This document shows, piece after piece, positions 25,872 through 43,857 of a DNA stretch of 64,000 nt (position 1 is the stretch's first letter; each line of letters begins with the position of its first letter). This stretch comes from the human T2T-CHM13v2.0 reference genome, Homo sapiens. Location of the stretch: the NCBI RefSeq assembly GCF_009914755.1, contig NC_060942.1, one strand, 5' to 3'. The position numbers and the translations under genes were made by a program. The notes below the pieces were generated by a model. That model saw only the letters and a program-made list of their open reading frames with translations. It did not search any database and was not told the origin of the DNA.

Positions 25872-26329
25872 TTTGCCATTATGTCAAACCTCAGAAGTGC
25901 TATGAAAAGAGTAATTATTTTGACCTAATTTGGATATATTTAAATTTAAACACACTTGATACTGAAATCCATATTGATAAAAAATTAAACTGAGATAAGG
26001 CTCTTGACAAAAACAAGCATCTTTCATAGTAAGATGTCTTTAAATTAGCAAGCTCCTTCACATATTTAAAATATATAGTGTTTTTTTGTTTCTTTTCTGG
26101 ACAAAAGGAGGAGTTTGAGGAAAAAGTTGAGTATCAGGGACAGCTTTACTGATGACAATCTAACTTCCTCCTAGCTCTAGTTGCCCCTAGATAACTTTCC
26201 AGCATTGTCTGGTCAAGGCACTGTTTAATTTTCATCTTCGTTCTACTGCCACCATTATAAGCAGATAAGAAAATGTCCTTTTGTTATTTAAACACATATC
26301 TATAATTTTCTATTGAAAGAGTGTAAAGG

Positions 26330-26825
26330 GGAGACTGATCATCATGAAGCCCAACATCATCTTCCCATTCCTTCTCCTTATTCTTCATCCTACCACATCC
26401 TTTATGATCCAGTGTTGCTGATCTACTTATAAGTCCCTAAAAATCTATTTTTTTAGAGTCACATCTGGCTTTTCTTGCCTGTTGAATCTCTGCTTCATCC
26501 TCAAGGCCCACCTCAGTGTCAAACTCTCTGAAAAGCCTTCCTAAATTTTATGAAACAGAGGTATTTGTTCTCACTTTTCTGTGATGTTATGATCACTCTA
26601 TATGATGGCATTAATTATAGTGTTTTTCCATTATAAAGCCGTTATTGACATGTCTGTTACGTTCATTGGACTGTAAGTTCCCTGAGAGTGAGAACCTGTC
26701 TTATTCTTATTAATATCGTTAGCATTTTCTGAGACAGTATATCTTGCTGATAATTGGATGGCCAACTATATATTTGTACAATTAATATATGAATGAATTT
26801 ATCAAATAAATGAGTAGATGAATGC
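26330..26825 (+). mobile_element. L2 3' relic
   Basis: ttcatcctcaaggccca...ggactgtaagttccctgagagtgagaacctgtcttattc...tgaatgaa. Confidence 0.7.
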
Positions 26826-27289
26826 CTACCTCAAAAGTAACAAATTAGTGACTACCTCTTAGAAAATTGAATGGATAATAAATAAATACAATTATACCAA
26901 ATACCATTCTATGGAATTTCTTTTGATCATATTTTCATGTTGTGAATAGAAATATGTTTGAAAGTAGCATATCCCATCAATAGCAATTCATAGCTCAACC
27001 CAAATGTGTGACATTAATTTCAAAATATGTCTGCTTTTGTTCTGGCACTTTTCAAGCTGAATGTGTACCCAGTATGTTCATCCTGTCAATTCATAAGGGT
27101 AGCAAGGAATATAAAATATGAAACTGCATTATGCTATAAATGGTGATCTTGAAATCAAAAGTATTGGCAGACACCAAAAAATATGGATGATTTCTCTAGT
27201 ACCTTCAAATTTCCTAAACAAAACTTCCTATAAATAAAATTATATTTTAAGGAATCAGTTCAAAAGTCAAAGTGTGTCATAAATTTATT

Positions 27290-28009
27290 AGTTAGAATGG
27301 CGATTATTAAAAAGTCAGGAAACAACAGATGCTGGAGAGGATGTGGAGAAATAGAAGCACTTTTACGCTGTTGGTGGGAGTATAAATTAGTTCAATCATT
27401 TTAGAAGACAGTGTGGCAATTCCTCAAGGATCTAGAACCAGAAATACCATTTGACCCAGTAATCTCATTACTGGGTATAAACCCAAAGGATTATAAATCA
27501 TTCTACTATAAAGACACATGAACATGTATGTTTATTGCAGCACTGTTCACAATAGCAAAGACTTGGAACCAACCCAAATGCCCATCAGTGATAGACTGGA
27601 TAAAGAAAATGTGGCACATATACACCATGGAATACTATGCAGCCATAAAAAGGATGAGTTCATGTCCTTTGCAGGGACATGGATGAAGCTGGAAACCATC
27701 ATTCTTAGTCAACTAACACAGGAACAGAAAACCAAACACCGCATGTTCTCACTCATAAGTGGGAGTTGGACAGTGAGAACACATGGACATAGGGAGGGGA
27801 ACATCACACACCAAGGCCTGTTGAGGGGTGGGGGACTAGGGGAGGGATAGCATTAGGAGAAATACCTAATGTAGATGATGAGTTGATGGGTGCAACAAAC
27901 CACCATAGCATACTGTGTAACTGTGTATACATATGTAACAAACCTGCACGTTCTGCACATGTATCCCAGAACTTAAAGAATAATAATGATAAATAATAAT
28001 AATAATAAT
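27290..28009 (+). mobile_element. L1PA 3' end (L1PA7/8-like), 5'-truncated
   Basis: ORF2 C-terminus (EFMSFAGTWMKLETIILS..QEQKTKHRMFSLISGS), G-rich 3' UTR, (AAT)n tail. Confidence 0.96.
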
Positions 28010-31000
28010 GCATGTAACTCAATAGTGGATAAATTCTGCTGGCCCTTGAAACCCAGAAGAAAGGGTTACTATTTGGGACCGGTAAAGTTCATCAGAATGC
28101 CATCAATCATATGCTTTCCTAATGGGCATAACTCTGACCACATTCATCTAGGGATCACTATCTGAATTTGCATGGCATAGAACATAGCAGAATAACTTTC
28201 CATTTCTCCATCTCTACTGAGCATTTACAGCATCCCACTAGTTACAACTTAACTTGGAATCTTGTGGTTTTATAAACCCCAGGATAAGGACAGAACAAAA
28301 TTCATATTCTAACCATTTACTGACGCTGAAGCAAATTGACCTTTAGCAAGTCAACTGGCAATGCAGAGAAACCACAACAAACTGTGACTTAAGCATTTCT
28401 AGAAATTACTGACTTAATTGACTCAGTCTACAGCTACATGTAGAGCAAAGGAACAGTGAAAATGGCCCTGTCCTCAGCCTTTGCCTTTTATAGATTTTTC
28501 TCAGGTGCATTCATTTATGTAGACTCAGTAATGATAATTTGGCACTCTAATTTTGAATGCTGTTCTAAGTCCTAGAGCAGTGAATTATGTCTTTTCTTTC
28601 AAAAGTGAGATTTACTAGGAAAAGAACAAGCTTTTTTTCTGTTAGAAGTTCATTATGCTCAATTTTAGGAAGGCTTAACAAAATGATAAAGAGTTTTCCT
28701 AAAGTAATATTTCTGACATAGCTGTTCTGTCATAAATTTTTGGCCTATTTAATTCTCTACAAAAATGTAAAATTGTGTTTTCAATTATTTTTCCTGATCA
28801 ACTTTGTTACATTAATACAACGAACTGCCTTTTCTGGAAGAAAATTTCAATTTATAACGATATTATAGGATGTAAAATTTCACATAAGATGGTTGACTGT
28901 CTTCAAATCGTTGCAGCTGTCTTCTAGTAAGCAAGTGTATTACTTGTCAAGGGTTGCATGTACAATTCAGTGCCCATGGACATATCTAACTGATTGGGTT
29001 ATACTTTAGAAATCCTTTTAGTTTTGAAGTTTTGTTCTTTCATAGTAAGTGAAAGTAACTACCCGATATTAATGGTATATATGAAAGAGTTAAACATTTA
29101 CTTTGGTGGTAGTATAGTGTGATAACTCACTCTCTGATCGATTTAAATGGATTTAAAACTGCATCTGGCCTGGTTCATTTTGGGTGATCAGAATATTTTA
29201 CTCTATAAACAAGAATGCATTTGAGTAAGTAATGTGTAGACATGGGCCTCTATCGCATGTTTTCAACTCCCTGAAGTCCACTATAACAGTTCATTTTACT
29301 CATTGTGTTTGTTCTCTTCATCTTCCTTTCTATTTTCTCCATCCTTTAAGTGCCCCAGGAAAGTACCCATCAAGCTGTGACTTGAAAGTTTCAAGGAATT
29401 ATTATTTCAACTGCTCTTCTAAAGGTTGGCTTCACTTCCAAATCTCCCCACTTAAAGTTTTCTTTTTTCTTCTTTCTGTCTGTCATTTACAAAATAAGTT
29501 GGTTTTTTAGATGTCGCATTTTAAATTTTGAAATGTGTAACTAATGAGACTATTTTCCTTATCTCCTTTCTTTAACCCTCCTTTATATACTGTCCTTATG
29601 GGCTAGTGTCATCATTAATTAGTTAATGTTTGTAGAATTTGTGAGCAAGAATTAGTGATAATAGGGAAAGTAGGGAATATTTGGGTTGCTGGTTGGAGGA
29701 GGAATACTAATGAATGTTAATCCTGAATGCTCACATAGTGCCTTTTGTCTTCAATATAGTTGAACGAGGCACTAATTAATTGTCATCCTACAGGATTATT
29801 ATTAAAACAGTACAGTCAGTGTTCAAGTGTGCCTGGAGCAAATACAGAAGTTTAGTCACTGTATAGGCTAAGCTGAAGATGCATGTGTTTTCTGTGCAGT
29901 GGGAATGACTAATACCAAATCATTAACAGAAGGATTTGGCTAAGAAAACAGGTGCAACGGTGAAAGTTTTGATGGTGGACAAAAAGCATTTGACTATTTG
30001 TTTTTTTGAGAGTTTCAGGCAAAAGCTTTGCCTATAGTAAAGTTTACCGTATGTTTTCTAGTAATTTTTAAGAAACATCTCTACAAGTAAGCATTCAAAA
30101 GAATGATATGTGGTATCTACAAGGTAGGCCAGATCCTGGTGACATATCTCAGATTTGTCTTTGTTGTTGTCTTCTGGTCTCCCTATAAGGGAAGCAGAGA
30201 TAAGGGAAAGCTGAACAGCCCTTGATGCTCTCCACTTCTTATTTTGGTGGTTTCAAGTCTTTCACTGCCCCTGTCATTCAGAAAGAGCTTACTCTGGGGC
30301 TTCTTGAGGGTCCAGACTCATACTTAACACCCTGATTAACAGCCCAATTGTGTTTTGATTCATGGCTAGAGTGTTTACTATCATCTCTCCTAAAGAGCCA
30401 TTGGTCAGTAAACATGGGAATAAAAAGTGCTGCTTCTTGTCCATGAATCATCTCATTTTCCCCACCACATTCTTTATATTGTTCACTAGATTCTATGAAA
30501 AACTAATGCAGAGGAAATGAAAATGAAAATTATTCAGGAAAGAGCAACTAAGGAGGGAAGGAGGAGGCAATGCCTTAGTGCCTTTGTGTGTGTATGTGTG
30601 TGTGTGTTCAAAGCATAACCCTTCCCTAAATAATGCATTTGCTGCTAATTCAATAGCATATTTCACACTTGAGAAGAGCCTCCTCAGCAGCACTTGATGC
30701 CAGCCCTAGTGCTCTTAAAAGCAGGCCTTCTTTAATGTATGTTTGATGAGTGTATTGTTCACTGAGAGATGAACAAATAATGATTTGGAATTCTCTGTGT
30801 CACTAGACATTATGTAGAGCTTTAGTCATGGGCAATTAGTAAGCATTAACCCTCCTGGTGATTTACACTGTATTTCTTAGATTCAGAATGGTCATTTTCT
30901 GGAAAAACAAAAGTATATTCCAACAGGGCATGTCTTTGGCTAGACAGAAGGTTCTGCCTGACTTTGAGGGGTAGGAGGTGGGATTCCTAAAGACAGCGGT

Positions 31001-31529
31001 ACAATGATACATGGACTTATCAGGCAAAAAAATATGGTGTCAGCTCATTATTAATATTTCCCTGAACTCTAGAGACATCATTTATCATGTATTAAGGAGG
31101 GAAATGATTATGTTCATAATGTAGAGCTTTAATGAATTGAAAATGTACAGACATCATTGAGCAACTCTTCCTTCCATAGGTCAGGCTGACTATGCTTTTA
31201 CTGAAGAGAATGGGTTAGTACCATGGAGAACAGTCATTCTTCTTAGATGGCGAGCATCTGACACTCAACTTGAAAGATAACATAAGAGTAAAATGATGTA
31301 CGCTGACTGTGTGCCTTCCTCCTGCTGCATAGTGAACACTTCTGTAACGTTAAACATGTTGAGTTTATATTGCATAACTGAAGTTGGTAAAGAAAGAAAT
31401 CTTTCCAAGGACACACACAGTAAACCTGTATGCAGAAATACGAAGAAAAGAGTGACTAGCCCTTATCCCTATATTGGTAAAAATGGGCAGATTTCTACTT
31501 TGCAGCCCGAAGTTAAGAATGGAGTTTTC

Positions 31530-33396
<1,867 letters not shown>

Positions 33397-36268
33397 TGAC
33401 AGCATTATTGCTTAATTCGGACTCTGGATAATGGGCTCCAGATTCTTACATAGTCCAGGAATGATCCTCTGCAATCTCTGTGCCCTTCTGATTAAAATAA
33501 ATGTTCAAAGATGATAAAGGGCTAGCTAATCCTTTTACTTCTTACTGTCTCTCTGTTACAACTTGTATGTTTGTAAATTTTATATGGAATCTTGTAAAAT
33601 TAAAACAAAACAAATGTTTTACAGTTTGGGAGGTACCCTAGAGGTTGATTCCTCAAAGCTCCAGAGACTGTTAATGATAGTTACCCAGTGTAGCAATCTA
33701 TGTAGGTAGATTCAGTATGATATAAGACAGTCTGAACTAATGATTATTTGTTTTCCTTTTAATAAACCCATGTGTGAGTCTGTATGTATCTGTGTGGTTG
33801 CATTCTCTGCCAGGTTTGTTTTGTATTTTCAAATGAATATTTTTGTTGAGATTCACACCGGTGCTTAAAAATCACCATGTTGTTTTGTCTCTGACTTCTC
33901 CTACTAGATTGGTGAGTTTGATTACTGTAGTCTTTTCTAAATAGCACTCTCCATAATCTTTTCCTGTGGAAACATTTGGTGGCACAATTGTCACTCCTGC
34001 AGCTAGGTGTTGATTATTAACAACCACTTATTTTTGCTCCATGATTGCTGTCATGTAAATTCCCAGGAAGTGGGGTCAGCCAGTCCTGAGTCTATCCTAC
34101 AGTCAGTGATGCTTATGGGCAAATGTCAAGAGAAACTTTGTACCTTAGCGTTGAAGGTGAAGAGCACTCCTGAGGTAAATATGAGATAGTTTTACTAGAA
34201 ACAGTAAAACAAAAGATGAAAGATATGTTGAGTAATATAAACCTAATAAGAGATGAATGTGCATTTGATATATTTTCGGTTGTCCAGGTCCAAAAGAGGT
34301 CTTGGTCTTCAAGACCCAACTCAAAATAAATTAATAACCTGGTCATACTCCAATTACTTCCTTGATATTGATTATCTGAATATCTCCAAACATTCACGCC
34401 CTTATATAAGGGCCTCTTAAAATTATTCTTTAATTGTTTCAACTTTTTATGTTCTATTTCAATTAGATTGAAAAAAAAGCCAACTCTTTGGGATAGAAAC
34501 TCCTTTTCTTCTGGTGTTCTTGCATCTTCTTCCATCTATCTACACAATGCATCTTCAATATGAAGCTTGTTGAAGAAATGAATGAATGAATGGTTAGGTT
34601 GGAAAGCAGAGATTTCAAAGTGTTCTCTAAAATCATAATACATTTATAGAAAAGTACATTCTCTATTTCTAAGCTAGCAGTTTTTTCTGTGTACAGCTTC
34701 CCTCTCCAAATATTTTGTACCAAAATACCCATGGCCTACATTTCTGTGGAGGCCATATATGGAAAGCAATGAGATAATCAAAAAATTCCTTTAGTTATTT
34801 TGCCTCTTGCCTTACTCCATCCAATACTAGCCTGTTGATTTTCATTCTCTTAGTTTAATTGGTTAATGTGGTTAAGACTTAAGTATAACTGACTCAGGCA
34901 AACTTTGTATCTACTTATAAATCTGCTGTTTTTATGAGAAAATAAATGACAATAAGTCTTCTGTCTTACAGAAATATATTATTCATCCAATAAGCCTATG
35001 AAAAGTCCAAAAACTTCTTGGGACTTACTATCAATCACATATCCAAATGCCATATATGATATTCTAAAATAATATACTAGTATGAGACTAGTTTAGAAGG
35101 TCTAGCTGTCAAAATCCAGATTTTTTTAAGAACTGAAATGAGATTAGATTCAACACCAGTTTTTTATATAAAATGTAGTTAGAAGACATTTTAATTTTTT
35201 TAAGCTTTTTTCATGGAGGAAAGTCTTTTTAAAAATTTTTATTAAATTTTCTTAAAGAATATCTACAATGACAAATGCTGAATTCAGGATGCATGAAGAA
35301 TTATGAACTGAAATTATACATTTTGAATTTCATTTTAGAAATATGAGATAAGTTTTTATCAGCCCCTGTTGGCAAAGACAATTCCTGATGTGGACCATAA
35401 AACAACTCAGGCCTACAAATTAATTTATAAGTAATTACACCCCAGGTTTTTAGATATTTAGTTCATATGCAAAAGTTGACTGCACATTAATGCAGTTTGG
35501 ATGTATAGTTTGTTATTTTATATTCCTCTGAAGCATCAAGCATCTATAGCTCCAGAAAACTCTGGATTTATTAAGCATATGGTACTGGAAAAAATATAAT
35601 TTCATACCCTAAGCATTTTCAGCTTAACTCATCATTGTATTAACTATTAGATTTTCTTTCATTTCTCAAATTGTTGTGCATTTTGTGATAGATTTGTAAA
35701 CTATCTGTAAGGAATCTTTTCACTGGAAACTTCTGAGTTCTCTTTAAAGGGCAGACAAAATGATTTGTGGGAGTTTGGGGAGTGCTATTTGTTTTTATTA
35801 GGTTGAACTACAAGGCTCATGTCATCCTTATGAGGTAGATCCAAAAGCAGCTCACTTTTGTTCATTAAGGTCAAATGAATGTCTTGGGATATACCCCTAC
35901 AGACAATCCTGAGTTCTCATCAGCACAAAGCACTTCTTGTTACAGAGAGAAATGTTTTGATTCATTATTTCAGGAAAGGATGCCAAGGAAAAAAAGCAGC
36001 TGACTTACAACAGCAGTTCGTACATTTCCTGGACTGTTGGGATGTATCATGTATTCCATTTACATTGCACCTGCCTCAGGCACAGGATATCACTACGTAA
36101 GAGCAAACATATTGGCAAGTAACAATATGGTGTATGTGGTTGTAGGTAAGGATGCTATCCAAAGGCAACTGATTCTGTTGTGATTCAGAGTAGACTGCAG
36201 ACAATGCTCATCAGCCACAATTCATCATAATAACTTGTGTGTATCTAAACTCTTATACATTGGTAGAG

Positions 36269-36355
36269 TGTCATATTGAACCATATGAAATTGCTGATAT
36301 TCAACTGTTTTTTCTTAGCTTATAAAACTGGAATTTTATGTAGTTTAATCTAATA
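36269..36355. mobile_element. MADE2 mariner-derived MITE
   Basis: ttgaaccatatgaaattgctgatattcaactgttttt...aaaactggaattttatgtagtttaatctaata matches the MADE2 palindromic layout. Confidence 0.85.
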
Positions 36356-36389
36356 CTTTCACATTTATTATTCCCCTTCGAAAGGCTAC

Positions 36390-36490
36390 CTGCCATGCTT
36401 GAAAGCACACTGGATTTAGAGCCAGCGGCCTGGGTCCATGTCCCAACTTACATGCCACTTGCTTGCTGGGTGACCTTTACAAATCCATTA
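36390..36490 (+). mobile_element. MIR fragment
   Basis: gaaagcacactggatttagagccagcggcctgggt...gccacttgcttgctgggtgaccttt. Confidence 0.7.
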
Positions 36491-36689
36491 GAGATTGAAC
36501 AGTGACATGTGGGAACAAAGAAAAATCTAATTCATGAGCTATTTATCAGTTTTTTGACTAACAGTTTCTGGATAGAGAGCCTTCTTCACAGGGGTGATAT
36601 GAAGTTGCAGTACCATAATGTATTCAAAAAGGCTAACAATTCAAAGGTGAATAATTATTAATGTCATGACTGGTCATCAAGAGGAGATT

Positions 36690-36800
36690 GTCAGGTAGGA
36701 AGGGCAAGTATCATTATCCTTATTTTGCAGTTGGAGAAACTGAAAGTAATAAAGGTGGCTGAGGTGACTCAGCAGGTCAACAATAGAATCTAAGACGTGT
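36690..36800 (-). mobile_element. MIR core fragment
   Basis: tatcattatccttattttgcagttggagaaactga. Confidence 0.65.
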
Positions 36801-37022
36801 CACTGTTGCTCTTTTAAGGGCACCCTCTGGTGGTTCTCTCAGTGTCAAGTGAGTGTGAACACTGCTCTAACTGACCACAGCAGCATCACCAGGACATCCC
36901 CACCAGTGAAAATGCCTGTCTCTGTAATGCCACATCAGTGTTTTGCAAAGTCATGAAAATGTAGGATACCTGACAATGAGTTCTTCCAAAATCTTTGTTT
37001 TTCCCCTTCAAAAACGGTATTA

Positions 37023-37340
37023 GGCTGGATGCTGTGACTCATGCCTGTCATCCCAGCACTTTGGGAGGCTGAGGCAGGAGGATTGCATGAGCCTAGAAGT
37101 TTGAGACCACTCTGGGCAACAAAATAATATCCCATCTCTCTGAATAAATATATCAATAAAATATGAGTTGGACATGGCAGCACACATCTATAGCACCAGC
37201 TACTTTGGAGGCGGAGGCAACAAGAGGCCTTGAGCCCAGGAGTTTGAGGTCACAGTGAACTATGATTGTGCCACTGCATTCCAGCTTGGGTTATAGAGAA
37301 ATACCTCATTTGTAAGGCAAAACAAAACAACAACAACAAC
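37023..37340 (+). mobile_element. AluJ with (CAA)n tail
   Basis: ggctggatgctgtgactcatgcctgt..., ttgagcccaggagtttgaggtcacagtgaactatgattgtgcc. Confidence 0.95.
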
Positions 37341-38519
37341 TGTATGAAAAGTTTTGGTGTTTTTGTTCCCCCCATATAAGGAAAGCCTTCACATTGCAAC
37401 CGTGAGAGGCACCATGTAGGGTGGTTGCTGTCATTCCTATTATATGACTGAGAAAACAGGCCCAGTGAAATCTGAAATACCTGGTCGGAGATGTGGCAGG
37501 TAGGGATGAACAGCTGTGAAGAAAGCTAGTTCCTTCCAGTTTGAAAGCCTGTACTTCTACTGCTAAAATGCTCTGTTCATTCACCTTGGGCCTGAAGCAG
37601 CTCACAACACTAGTTAATTGGTTTGGGCAATCATAATACCCATGCATGAAACAAAACATTATTCAGTGGTAACATATGAAGCATATGGGTAAGATTAAAA
37701 CTGAATTCAGTGAGATCCAGAATACAATATTGGATGATAGAGCAAATACTCCCTTGGAGAAGGAATACAGTGACTTTTTATAGACAACTTTTAGAAAAAT
37801 CTCAGTACAGTATTAATCTGAGTCTACTTAAAGCACCTGACAACTATTTACATTGTAATATGACTGGTTCCAGGATATTTTTTACTTGGGTAAAGTAAGC
37901 CATAAAGAAAGCCAGTTTACTTCGGAATTCATATATAACATTCCACCTTGACCACCCACCACTCTACTTTTTATCACTTTCCCTTTTTATTCTTAGCGGT
38001 AAACTTCCTGTGTAAGATCTTGAAGTTACTACGGTTTGCATGCAACATTCAAGGATTTCATATGCGGACTGCTTTAAGGCAGCTCCCTCAGATCTCTTCA
38101 GGATGACTTCCCAGTTAGTTTCAATTTCTCTCCCTGCCTTCACACTGTGAAAGAGCATGGCATCTCTCGGGAAGTCTCTGTAATGCTACCCCTTCTTCAG
38201 CTCTTAGTTACTGGTCCTGGGTGAAGATGACTTGTTCCATTTTTGACCCAGATACAGGCTGTTGGACCCTGCATGGAAAACTAAAGCAAGCTATGCCGAA
38301 ACTGTCATTATCTGAGGCAACCAGTGCTCTCTGGACCCAAAAGTAAAGCCTTGACTAACTTTGCTTTTCTGTTAATGAGAAAATTCTCCCAGTTACCTGG
38401 ACATTTTCTTTCTCCTAAGATTTCATCTAGGGTAGGGTCTGTCTTCTGGCCTGTGGCTACCTACTTCTGGCTATAAGTAACTACTAGGAACTTTCCTCCT
38501 TTCATTCATTCATCATGAA

Positions 38520-38720
38520 TAGTGAAGTACTTAAGATTGTGGATCCAGTGTCAGACTGCCTAGTTTTGAATCCAGGTTCTTCCACATATTAGTCAAATGG
38601 CTTTAGGCAATTTTCTGGGCACAAATGTCTCTGTCTGCCAAACGGAGATAAGATCCTACCTACCTGATACAAATATCACGAGACGAAATAGATCGATAGA
38701 TTAAAAATGCTTAAAATATT
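38520..38720 (+). mobile_element. MIR
   Basis: gtcagactgcctagttttgaatccaggttcttccacatatt... Confidence 0.7.
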
Positions 38721-40962
38721 GGGCTTACCTGTCCCCAACCTCATTGTCAAGCCACAAGCAATTCATCACTTATGCTGTGTCCGTAACAAACCCCAAATAT
38801 TCCATGCATCTCAGCCCACGTTCAAAGTGCCTCATTAGCTTGGAATTCCCTCTTGCCACCCCCACTTATTAAAATTTTATCCACATTTCAAGATTCTATT
38901 CAAATCCCACATCTTCCTTAAAGAACTTCCACCTTGTGCACACCTAACTCTTTTACCATTAATATAATAGCACTTATACTGCAATGTATAATGACATTTA
39001 TATTACCAAAATGAGTATACAAATGTATATCATTACACTTAAAGGCACCTCAATAAGTTTTTACACATATGTGAGTGTATGTGTCTGTGTGTTTGTAAAG
39101 GCATGTATACACATGTATGTATGTATTATGTACCTGTATATCTGTCTGTATACCAATTGATTTGACAGTCATTCCTTACATGACTATCATGGTTAATGTA
39201 CCCTGTTACACGGAGGATATGAGGTAAATAAGACATATTTTCTGCCTATGAAGATTTAATATTATGGAAGGAAGATTTTTTAAAAAGCAATATATACTAT
39301 ACTATACTGTAAAACTGACTTGGATGATATACAAGAAATATCTAACATATACACACATATATACATATTTATATAGGCATGTATTTATAAATGTACAACT
39401 AAAATTTGATGAAACATCAAATTTCTAAGATAATTTCCAAAAGCTAATTTTATTTCAGAACTGATAACTGTGATCAGTATTAAGTAAAAAATTATTATTG
39501 TATTTCTACATATTCTAATTGAACCAAGGCTTGTGCCCCAAGATTGTTCAGACTTGCATACTTCAATGGTTCTAACTTTAAATTTAGAACTTTCTCATTC
39601 TGATGGCATCTCCAGATTTCTGCTTCTAAGTTTTTCACATACCTTTGATAGACTTTGTTGACTAAAAATGTTCTTTGTAACCTTTGCCATGTGTTTCTGC
39701 AGCAGAATCTTTTTTATTCTTTTGCATTTTACAGATAATAACTTCTTGTCTCTTGGTCTGGGAACAATGTGGAATAAAAATTGTAACAAATAATTTTAGA
39801 AGACCGGATTCATCCAGATTTAACTGAATAGGATTGTTACTATGCATTTATACACTGACAATTCAATCGATTAAGCTTACTTTTGATAAACTCTATAGGT
39901 TGACTTTAGATTGCATTATTTGACATTTATTATCTCCATTGTCTTCAGTAGGCCTTAGCAAGGAAGTTGAGTTTGTTTAGAGGCTTATATGTTTTTTTTT
40001 CCTGAAAGATCATTGCTTTGGTTTCTCTGTTTTAAAATAATATATCCACATTACCCAGATGATTAGTAAGAAAATTGGACAGAGTACATAGAAGTGTTTG
40101 TTAAATAGCTTACTCTAAAAATTATGCAAACCTCATAGCTTTTAAGATGTTTTTTAAAAGCCTAACTATACTAGATAGAAAAAGAAAACAGCTAACAATT
40201 ATTTCAGTGCAAACTGAATCTTTTTCTGTAGCTATGTCTAGATGATTCATATATTAGTAAAAATAGCATGTATAATATGATCATGTTTCATATAGTTACT
40301 TTTGCATCTATCTAATCTTTCTATCTTTCTATGTATCTGTCATCTATATAACCTCTCTTCTGACTATAAATATGTAGAGATAAATATTTGAAATTATTTT
40401 CACAAAATGATAAAAGTTATTTATTGGTGGTTGAATATAGAGCAATTATTTTTAACCCTATTAACATATGTTCTGATAGTTATTATTTTATATATAATAA
40501 ACATGTTACATATTTTTATTATGTATTCTAAGAAAATTAGTACCTTTATCTCTATGAGGTTTTTAATCCTTTTCAAAGGGGAAAAACAAGCATACTTCTT
40601 TATAACATGTTAGTATCGAAGACAGACACACTTTTGGGCTTGAGCATAAGGGAGCATCTAGTTTTGATGAGACTCTGAGAGAAATGTTTGTGAGTTTCGG
40701 TGTCTTTTCTCTTTAGAAAAATACTCCTTTACATAATAATTATGTACAAAGCACTGGGTACTTATGCATATGCATATATACTGTTTGCTAGGAAGATGCT
40801 CTGCAAATAGAATGATTTGTCATTACGTACACGTGTGTATCTATGCTTAAAAATAGCTATTTGTGTTTATCACACACCTTTCATCTCTTAGATGCATGAG
40901 GATATTCACAGTATCTTTGATTTTAAGTCCTTTCCTTTGCCTTGAAATGGAGTTGAAATGAC

Positions 40963-41253
<291 letters not shown>

Positions 41254-42309
41254 TGAGACTTTAATATGAATTCTCTTTTCCATGACTCAATGCTTTATCT
41301 TGCTTTTAGCCCCTTCTGCTCCCCATCTGATTGACTTTCTATTAGTAAACATAGAACTGTCTCTGCATTCCAAGCCCTCAAATGGCCAAAGTAGATGGAC
41401 CAGCTCCCTTTCTCTTTTATAATTCCAGCTGGATTCTCCCCCTTGTTATCGTTAGTGGGAGAACAGAGATGTGCATTAACTGCATAGACAGCTGTGGAAA
41501 ACAAGAAGAAGCCCAGTCCCCATGACATCTCCAATAAAGCCATGAGACTCATGCAAGGTGGAGAATATTTGTATGTTGTGGTCATAGGAACCTGAATGAC
41601 TTATGAGCAGTTGGGGAATTCTGTATTCATTTTTATTAACTTTAATTATAGGAGCACTATAAAATTTTCTCATTCTGTGTTGCGTGAAAAATGCAGTAGT
41701 TAATTGCTCCTGACATTTAATTGGTTTATGCTTCCCTCTAACACAATCTTGTACTGCAAGAGACAGGGAAAACTAGTTGGCATATTTCTGCAATTGCAGA
41801 GTATTACACACCAAGAAATTAGTCTTTTTGTTAGTTCTAGCAGTGAATTACAAATGCAGTTTCAGAAGTGTAGGTAGAGAAATAAAATCTGTGCGTCTAC
41901 ATTCTACATATGCTAAAAGACTGACATGGGCTTCCCTGAATGCTTTGTATGACTTTGCCAGAATGGCTGAGATTTTTTCATTATCATTGTACAGATTTAA
42001 AAATGACATTTTTTATACCCTTGTGAACATGTCAGGTTGTTTACCATTTCTGTTACAAGCCATCTGGACCCTTCATAACCTTTTCATATATTTTTTCAAA
42101 TATCATCTGGCATAAAAAGCATAAGGTAACCTTGCTGTTACCAATTATAATACATGATGGAAGAAGTTGGATTTAGTGCGGCATAGTGCCTCTGATTTCA
42201 AGAGTGGCGAGACACTCTGGAAAGCATCCATCTCCTGTGATATGTTCTAAGCCTGAAGGGAGAAAATGATACATGAAGTACAAAAAGCCAATGCTAATTG
42301 CCATTTGAC

Positions 42310-43794
<1,485 letters not shown>

Positions 43795-43857
43795 TATGAT
43801 GTTAGCTGGTTATTTTGCTCGTTAGTTGATGCAGTTTCTTCCTAGCCTCGATGGTCT

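Noticed and set aside
31214-31234. REST/RE1-like motif ttagtaccatggagaac
   Set aside because: Several mismatches at conserved RE1 positions.
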